DNA of 55,575 nt from IMG/VR virus record IMGVR_UViG_3300001765_000143. One strand, given 5' to 3'. Both the position numbers and the translations under genes were made by a program. The notes beneath the pieces are model-generated. The model ran no database searches. It worked only from the letters and a program-made list of their open reading frames with translations, and had not been told where the DNA came from. How positions within the stretch are numbered: position 1 is the first letter of the stretch; each line of letters begins with the position of its first letter. This stretch comes from a virus. Shown one piece after another: positions 49,651-55,575 of the stretch.

Positions 49651-50820
49651 ATGCTTGAAACTTCTATCGCCACTCCAATTATCATAAAAAGATTTGATAC
49701 TTTTAAACTACCGAAAGTCGCTAAGACTAAAGAAGGGTATTTAAGAGGCGAAGTAGTAGCAAGTCGTTCTGGGGTATTTGAATATAGAAATGTTGACGGA
49801 TCTATAAGAAGAGAATTACGTCATCCTGATGAAGTATTTAAACCCAATAGTTTAGACACTCTTAAAATGATACCTGTGACTGACGATCATCCGTCTGACT
49901 TTGTTGATTCTAGTAATGCCGATAAATTACAAGCAGGCTACACGGGAGAGAATTGGAAGATAGACGGTGCAAATATTATTGTATCACTCACTGTAACTAA
50001 AAAAGATGCTGTTCATAAAATTACGTCAGGTAAAAAAGCAGCGTTATCTTTGGGATATTCAACCGTATTAATTAGAGAAGATGGGGTCTATAACGGCGAG
50101 AGATATGACTATAAGCAAACAGAGATTGTATATAATCACTTAGCCTTAGTTGAAGAAGGAAGAGCAGGAATAGCAGCAAGATTTAGAATGGATGGCAAAG
50201 ACATAGATTCTAATATTGCAGAATGTCATTTCGATCATGTAATAAACAATGTAATTAACAATAAAGAGGTCAAAATGTCTAATAACGAGACAGCAGATAA
50301 AGTAGAAAATAACGATTCTGTAGAAGTATTAAAAGTAAGATTTGATGCTTCTATTATAGAAAAGGAGTTATTAAAAGATAGGTTAACTCAGAGCGAGTTA
50401 AAAGTTGACGCATTAGAAAAGTCATTAATTAAAGCTAATGAAGACCTAGCAAACGAAAAGAAAAAGAATGATCCTGAAGTTAGAGCAAGGGAAACTATGG
50501 ATAGAGTAGAGATGCTGGCAAGATCAGCTCCTTATATTGATATAGAGGCCTATATTCATCATGATGCTAGGGATGTAATGATTGCCGCAATTAACTCCGA
50601 CCGTACTGAATCTATTAACTTTAATGACAAAAGTGACGAATATGTAAAAGGTATGTTTGAGACTTTAATCGGTGCAAGTTACAAAGCCGATAAAATAGAT
50701 ACTAAAGCGGTATTTGGAGTACTTGCTCAAAAATGTGATACATCAAGAGTAAGAACACCTTCAAGTGACTTATTTAAACAACTTGATGATAGATATAACA
50801 ACGTAAATATAGGTAAATAA
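49651..50820 (+). CDS. DUF2213-like prohead scaffold/protease protein
   Basis: GYLRGEVVASRSGVFEYRNVDGSIRRELRHPDEVFKPNSLDTLKMIPVTDDHP; coiled-coil C-terminal half. Confidence 0.7.
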   Translation: MLETSIATPIIIKRFDTFKLPKVAKTKEGYLRGEVVASRSGVFEYRNVDGSIRRELRHPDEVFKPNSLDTLKMIPVTDDHPSDFVDSSNADKLQAGYTGENWKIDGANIIVSLTVTKKDAVHKITSGKKAALSLGYSTVLIREDGVYNGERYDYKQTEIVYNHLALVEEGRAGIAARFRMDGKDIDSNIAECHFDHVINNVINNKEVKMSNNETADKVENNDSVEVLKVRFDASIIEKELLKDRLTQSELKVDALEKSLIKANEDLANEKKKNDPEVRARETMDRVEMLARSAPYIDIEAYIHHDARDVMIAAINSDRTESINFNDKSDEYVKGMFETLIGASYKADKIDTKAVFGVLAQKCDTSRVRTPSSDLFKQLDDRYNNVNIGK

Positions 50821-50821
50821 T

Positions 50822-51391
50822 ATGCAAATAGATTACTCAAACTCTTTAGATTCAGGACCATTAGTATTGGGTCAAGTATACGATGTTAGTCTTGCTCAAG
50901 TAGACGGATATATGGCTGAAGAAAGTATACCTTTTGGTGCTTTTGTACAAAACGGTACTTCTGTTGTTGCAAGTCAGAGTACATCCGCTCCTCTTGTAAA
51001 AAAACTTACGACAACGGGAAGATTCATCGGTATAGCAGTTAGAGATATGAATCAACCAGTAGGCGCTACTCTTGCCACCGCTACTCAAGTGGCAGCAGGG
51101 ACTGTTGATGCAATGACTACAATTACAACAGCACTTGAGTCCTATCCTATAGGAGCTGGTGTCTCAGTTATGAGATTAGGGAGGGTGTCGATTATGATTC
51201 CGACAGGAACAGTAATGACTAATGCAGCAATAGGAGCAACCTTAGTATGGAATGCTACAACATCTGCAATGACTTTTTCGGCTCTACCGATTTCTCCTGA
51301 AGTACTAGCGACAGCTGTTAATATAGGAGTTATGGTAACTATGCCAGTTGCTGGGCAACTAGCGGTTGTTCAAATTAATGAATTAGTATAA
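50822..51391 (+). CDS. Head structural/decoration protein candidate
   Basis: 189 aa, Ala/Thr/Val-rich, between the scaffold and capsid genes. Confidence 0.4.
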   Translation: MQIDYSNSLDSGPLVLGQVYDVSLAQVDGYMAEESIPFGAFVQNGTSVVASQSTSAPLVKKLTTTGRFIGIAVRDMNQPVGATLATATQVAAGTVDAMTTITTALESYPIGAGVSVMRLGRVSIMIPTGTVMTNAAIGATLVWNATTSAMTFSALPISPEVLATAVNIGVMVTMPVAGQLAVVQINELV

Positions 51392-51404
51392 GCAGGTATT
51401 TATA

Positions 51405-52361
51405 ATGACAATAATAAAATTTACTTCTCCAAATTATGGTAGAGAAGTGTCGTCTAGGGTTGATGCTAATGCAAGTGTGTTTTTTGCAAATATGCTCACA
51501 ATGTTCGACCCAAAAATATTTGAAACTATCAAAACACCATTGACAGCTTTTGATATTTTTAAAGTAAAACAAGTTGCCGAACATTTAAAAATTTATACAT
51601 ACAATATGTATGAAGGTTTTGGTAAATCAAAATATGCCTCAACTAAAACAGGCAAGAATAATGATATGCCTTATGTAAGTGTTAATGGTCAACAATACTC
51701 ATCAAAAATAGATGATGTTTATTGTGCTTTAGCTTTTAGTAGAGCCGATTTAGCTGCTTCACAAGCAACTCAGTTTGATGTTGTTACGGCCTTGCAAAGA
51801 CAAGCATGGCGTTCAAATTATGAGGCGATGAATAGAACTTGCTTTTTTGGCAACAAAGAAGTTGGACTTGGTGGATTACTTAATAATCCTTTTGTTAAAG
51901 GTGCTAATGCAGAAGCTGCCGTAACGAATGATTGGTCTTCAAGCGCAACTACGGCTCAAATGATTTATGATGATTTGCTAAAAGCTTATAATACAATCTT
52001 AGACAGTACTAGAGGGAACTTAATGCCTAACATAATGTTATGCTCTCCTGGTGTATATAATATCTTAAGTAAAAAGATTTTTAATACTTATAACGGACTA
52101 ACTATAAAGGAACAATTCGAGGGAGATAATACTATTACACTAAAATCTTGCCCTGAATTAAGACAAGTATTTACAGGTACTAAAGACGGTTTTGTTCTAT
52201 TAAACAACGATTCTGATTATATAGAACATATTGTATCAGAATTATTTACGGTGTTACCTCCTGAGAAAAAAGGTTTAGAGTTTGAATCTTTATGTGTTTC
52301 TAGGCATGGTGGGCTAGTTATTAGGCAGCCTTTATCAATTTGTATTAGACGTATGGTTTAA
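51405..52361 (+). CDS. Major capsid protein (DUF2184-like)
   Basis: 318 aa, position after the DUF2213-like gene. Confidence 0.7.
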   Translation: MTIIKFTSPNYGREVSSRVDANASVFFANMLTMFDPKIFETIKTPLTAFDIFKVKQVAEHLKIYTYNMYEGFGKSKYASTKTGKNNDMPYVSVNGQQYSSKIDDVYCALAFSRADLAASQATQFDVVTALQRQAWRSNYEAMNRTCFFGNKEVGLGGLLNNPFVKGANAEAAVTNDWSSSATTAQMIYDDLLKAYNTILDSTRGNLMPNIMLCSPGVYNILSKKIFNTYNGLTIKEQFEGDNTITLKSCPELRQVFTGTKDGFVLLNNDSDYIEHIVSELFTVLPPEKKGLEFESLCVSRHGGLVIRQPLSICIRRMV

Positions 52362-52381
52362 TAGAATATTAGGAGGATAAA

Positions 52382-52639
52382 ATGGAAGAAATAAAAGATT
52401 TGATTTATAAAGACGCTCTCCTTTTAGAGCATTTATTCAATAACGTTGGTTTTAATTTGTATGAATGCGCTGTAACTTCGGAAGAAAGGGATGATATAAC
52501 TACATTTAGAAAACTCATAGGACGTGGTTTAGTAGAGAATATATCAAAAATAGTTAGATTGCCAATTGAGACTGAAACTAAGGTTGAAGAAGTTAAGGGT
52601 AAAAAAGTTAAAGCTGAAGAAGTTACTGATTTAATATAG
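52382..52639 (+). CDS. Hypothetical protein
   Basis: 85-aa ORF with SD aggagg. Confidence 0.4.
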   Translation: MEEIKDLIYKDALLLEHLFNNVGFNLYECAVTSEERDDITTFRKLIGRGLVENISKIVRLPIETETKVEEVKGKKVKAEEVTDLI

Positions 52640-52653
52640 CAATAACATATTAA

Positions 52654-52998
52654 ATGGAATTAATTGACAGATTTAAACTAATAGCTGACGAATTTGCTAA
52701 TGAGCCCATTGATTTTTTAAATGGGCACTTAGCTTTATCTTCTGAGTATGTAGGACAACATATTAATCAGCCATTAAGAGATGAATTGATTGCATATCTT
52801 GCAGCGCATAGAGTAGATCAGTCTCTAAAGAGAAGAGGGGCTAGCGGTCAAGTCACTTCTGTAAAAGAAGGAAACTTGGCAATTACGTATTCTACAAGCG
52901 ATGCAGAATCTGAGTATGATTTTTCAAGTTATGGAAGAACATATAAACAGTTAGTTAAAGAGATTTTTATAGCTCCTATGACAAGAATGTGTAGATGA
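52654..52998 (+). CDS. Head-tail connector protein (DUF4054-like)
   Basis: FKLIADEFANEP...DELIAYLAAHRVDQSLKRRGASGQVTSVKEGNLAITYS. Confidence 0.55.
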   Translation: MELIDRFKLIADEFANEPIDFLNGHLALSSEYVGQHINQPLRDELIAYLAAHRVDQSLKRRGASGQVTSVKEGNLAITYSTSDAESEYDFSSYGRTYKQLVKEIFIAPMTRMCR

Positions 52999-53459
52999 AA
53001 GATATAGATAAAGGGTTTAAAGACGTCTTAAAGAAATTACAAATGTTGCAAAGCAAAACTTTACAAGTTGGTATTTTAAGTGATGCAGGAGTTAACGAAA
53101 AAACTGGTACTTTAATTGCAGATTATGCTCACTTTAACGAGTTTGGGACAAAACATATACCTGCTCGTTCTTTTATCGGTAGTACATGTGATGAGCAGTC
53201 TAAAAAATGGGAAGCAATGAAAGATGAGATTGTTGACAAAATAATCGATGACCCATCAGCTAACGTTGAACAATTAATAGGATTACTTGGTGAGCAGGTT
53301 GTAGCGGATATTAAAGAAAAAATAACAAGCGATATTTCCCCTGAAAATAGTCCAAGTACTATTTATCGCAAAACTAAAGGTAAGATGGATAAAACAACAA
53401 CCTTAATAGATACTGCAAATATGCGTGATGCTATCAATTTTAAAATAGTAGATAAATGA
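52995..53459 (+). CDS. HK97 gp10-like head-tail joining protein
   Basis: ADYAHFNEFGTKHIPARSFI motif. Confidence 0.65.
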   Translation: MKDIDKGFKDVLKKLQMLQSKTLQVGILSDAGVNEKTGTLIADYAHFNEFGTKHIPARSFIGSTCDEQSKKWEAMKDEIVDKIIDDPSANVEQLIGLLGEQVVADIKEKITSDISPENSPSTIYRKTKGKMDKTTTLIDTANMRDAINFKIVDK

Positions 53460-53824
53460 TATTTGATATTTTTAGAAGAAATCTAACTGTCAAAAGATTA
53501 GAACAGGGGTCATATCAAAACGTTGATGGATTAACTCTATGGATGGATGGAGCTGAGAGCAGTTTTACAATAAAAGCAAGCGTACAGGGAGTAGATAATG
53601 AGGTATTACAGACCCTGCCAGAAGGCGATAGAACAAAAGAAATGTATGTTTTATATACCAGCACAGAGCTAAGAACAGTTACTGCTGGAGTCTCTAACCC
53701 TGATATAGTGATTATAGATAATAAAGAATATCAAGTAATAAGAGTGACTTCAAGGCATAACTTATCAACTTATGCAACTGCGCATTATGAAATAGTAGTA
53801 ATAAAAATAATTACAATGGCGTAA
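53456..53824 (+). CDS. Neck/tail completion protein candidate
   Basis: 122-aa ORF, ATGA overlap; assigned by position. Confidence 0.4.
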   Translation: MIFDIFRRNLTVKRLEQGSYQNVDGLTLWMDGAESSFTIKASVQGVDNEVLQTLPEGDRTKEMYVLYTSTELRTVTAGVSNPDIVIIDNKEYQVIRVTSRHNLSTYATAHYEIVVIKIITMA

Positions 53825-54339
53825 TGGAAATTAGAGAACTTTATAGTAAAATACAAAATTTCACTTCTATTGCATGTAATTTATCAATTGAAGATGTGGT
53901 TATAGAAAATCAACGTAAGCCAAGAGATATAAAGCCTTATATATCTTTTTATTTAGGTAATTTTCGTTTAGTTAGCCAACCAATCATTCGAGAATTAGAT
54001 GCAAATGGAATGCAAACTATTGTTACTCCTACAGTATGTACAGTAAATTTTAAAGCAGTGAGTGATAAGCTACTTGAAGCGGAAATTTTATTACATAGCT
54101 TACGTAATGCTTTTAATACAGAGTTACAAAACTCTATATTTAATGGAGAGATTGCCTTACATCGTGTTTTAAAAACTGTATCTGCAATACCGACTGTAGT
54201 TGATGAACAAATAGAAAGCAGAGCTATATTGGCTTTAGAATTAAGTTTTAACGTTACAATAGAAGATAACGTAGGCCTTATTGAGCATTTGCATCTTACA
54301 GACGTACGGTTGAATAAAGAATATATTATAAACAAATAG
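53824..54339 (+). CDS. Tail terminator/sheath-proximal protein candidate
   Basis: 171-aa ORF directly upstream of the sheath gene. Confidence 0.4.
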   Translation: MEIRELYSKIQNFTSIACNLSIEDVVIENQRKPRDIKPYISFYLGNFRLVSQPIIRELDANGMQTIVTPTVCTVNFKAVSDKLLEAEILLHSLRNAFNTELQNSIFNGEIALHRVLKTVSAIPTVVDEQIESRAILALELSFNVTIEDNVGLIEHLHLTDVRLNKEYIINK

Positions 54340-54348
54340 AGAATTAAT

Positions 54349-55398
54349 ATGCCCCTGATAGATAATTACATTAATATTAATATTACAAGAGGAAAGTTAG
54401 GAGTTAACTCTTCCTCGTTAAATACCTTATTAATTATTGGCGATACCAAGAAAGCGGTAGCAGAAAGTACATTACCGTTAGTAAAGTCTTACGGCAGTTT
54501 AGCAGAAGTTGCAGTTGATTATACCAATACGGCTAACCCTGAATATAAGGCAGCATCTTCATATTTTGGCCAAGATGTAAAACCTACAAAACTACTGATC
54601 GGAAGAGTAATAGGCACGCAACAGACCGATACTTTTGCAGCGGCTTATCCAAAAATTACTTTAGCAAATAATGATTTTTACGGTGTTGTCATAACAAGTA
54701 AAGTAGAAGCCGATCAATTAGCAATAGTAGCATTGGTAGAAGCTGATAATAAGATTTTTGGGGTTTCTAATGAAAATGCAATAATGCTAGATGGAGGAGA
54801 TGCTAATAGTCTGGCTTATAAAATAAAGGCCTTAAATGCCTTGCGTACTCATGTTACGTATAATGGATTAGCAGCTAATACTTACCCAGAAGCCGCATGG
54901 ACTGGCAAAATGTTCTCTAAAGACGCAGGATCTGCTACTTGGGCATATAAAAATTTAAGCGGCGTTGTAGCAGACAAACTAACAAGTAGCAACGTTACAG
55001 GCTTGCAAACCAATAACTGTAATTTCTATGTTTCATTTGGCGGCGTAGATTCCATGTTTGATGGAAAAACGGCAGTAGGCGAGTTTATTGATATCGTACA
55101 AGGAAGCGACTGGTTAACAGCTAATATGCAGGCTAAAATTGCCAATGCTTTTTTAAATACCGATAAAATTCCCATGACCAATCAAGGTATCGGTATCTTA
55201 GAGAATATGGTAAGAGCATCTTTAAACGAGGCTTCCGAGAGGAACATTATTGATCAGCAAAGTATCAAAGTAACCGTACCTGATGTTTTAGCTGTTACTC
55301 CAGCGGATAGATTGGCTAGAAAAATAAATATTAGTTTCGAGGCGCGCCTTAGCGGAGCTATACATATAGTTGGTATTAAAGGGACGGTCTCAGTATAA
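54349..55398 (+). CDS. Tail sheath-like protein (DUF3383-like)
   Basis: MPLIDNYININITRGKLGVNSSSLNTLLIIGDTKKA...; 349 aa, followed by the DUF3277-like tube gene. Confidence 0.75.
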   Translation: MPLIDNYININITRGKLGVNSSSLNTLLIIGDTKKAVAESTLPLVKSYGSLAEVAVDYTNTANPEYKAASSYFGQDVKPTKLLIGRVIGTQQTDTFAAAYPKITLANNDFYGVVITSKVEADQLAIVALVEADNKIFGVSNENAIMLDGGDANSLAYKIKALNALRTHVTYNGLAANTYPEAAWTGKMFSKDAGSATWAYKNLSGVVADKLTSSNVTGLQTNNCNFYVSFGGVDSMFDGKTAVGEFIDIVQGSDWLTANMQAKIANAFLNTDKIPMTNQGIGILENMVRASLNEASERNIIDQQSIKVTVPDVLAVTPADRLARKINISFEARLSGAIHIVGIKGTVSV

Positions 55399-55424
55399 AA
55401 TAATAAATATATAGGTAAATTATT

Positions 55425-55575
55425 ATGGCTATAAAAGTATACGATCCTACTCAAGTGGGTGTGATTGTTGGAACATCGCCAATAAATGGCTTTGCAGAGG
55501 ACTCTATGATTACTATTGAAATGGAAGATCCACAATATGTTGTTGCTACTGATATAAGTGGCTCTCCGACAAGAT
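55425..55575 (+). CDS. Tail tube protein (DUF3277-like), 5' part; continues at nt 79 (through the duplicated 78 nt) to 353
   Basis: ATG at 55425 gives MAIKVYDPTQVGVIVGTSPINGFAEDSMITIEMED... Confidence 0.75.
   Translation, partial: MAIKVYDPTQVGVIVGTSPINGFAEDSMITIEMEDPQYVVATDISGSPTR
55498..55575. repeat. Terminal overlap copy 2 (identical to 1-78)
   Basis: Read directly. Confidence 0.95.

Noticed and set aside
33104-55535. Further shadow ORFs: 33104-33379, 34822-35007, 35655-35846, 35680-36006, 35879-36091, 36953-37150, 37633-37860, 38046-38231, 40887-41087, 41260-41583, 41605-41820, 43699-43908, 45357-45584, 45393-45599, 46389-46619, 48303-48608, 50861-51088, 51375-51584, 53949-54335, 55254-55535
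   Set aside because: They are embedded in, or antisense to, well-supported genes; none has an independent start context or recognisable motifs.

Overview
The window is a complete circular element. Nt 1-78 are identical to nt 55498-55575, so the unit length is 55,497 bp, and the tail-tube ORF reads through the junction. It is AT-rich and encodes a contractile-tailed phage that also carries a plasmid-type ParA/RHH partition locus. I could recognise no integrase, so it is most simply read as an extrachromosomally maintained prophage (phage-plasmid).

Layout:
- 55425->353: tube.
- 350-10184: tail chaperone (-1 frameshift), tape measure, baseplate, spike, fibres.
- 10185-13259: structured leader, ImmA-like moron, spanin-like pair, GH24 endolysin, RuvC-like resolvase.
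- 13389-20316 (minus strand): accessory island with membrane proteins, a Cys-His hydrolase-like gene, IS remnants and an HNH/C5-methyltransferase R-M pair.
- 20313-23896 (minus strand): RecT / YqaJ-exonuclease recombination module and XRE regulator.
- 23973-29856: ankyrin-repeat gene, parA/RHH locus with palindromic boxes, two divergent OB-fold membrane paralogues.
- 30245-37339: replication module with initiator candidate (internal 22-bp iterons), SF2 helicase, DUF669-like protein, GapR-like protein, tandem DUF2829-like protein.
- 37448-40601: TerS, TerL, portal.
- 40618-48739: 8-kb cargo block inside the head operon with a periodic-repeat protein, a patatin-like phospholipase, fibre-like proteins and a C1q/TNF-like tip.
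- 48761-55398: head morphogenesis, scaffold, capsid, neck, sheath.

The GapR-like gene, ankyrin repeats, patatin and AT-richness suggest an intracellular alphaproteobacterial host. This is inference only.

Most interesting:
- The patatin/fibre block in the virion operon.
- A strongly promoted, alternatively folding leader RNA ending in a CCA-tailed stem.
- A 181/189-bp near-identical inverted repeat linking two DUF2829 (Tad2-like) paralogues.
- A leader-ORF-coupled membrane-protein operon.
- Two genes split by +1 frame breaks, both at A5 runs.

All family assignments are from motif recognition by eye. No database search was run.
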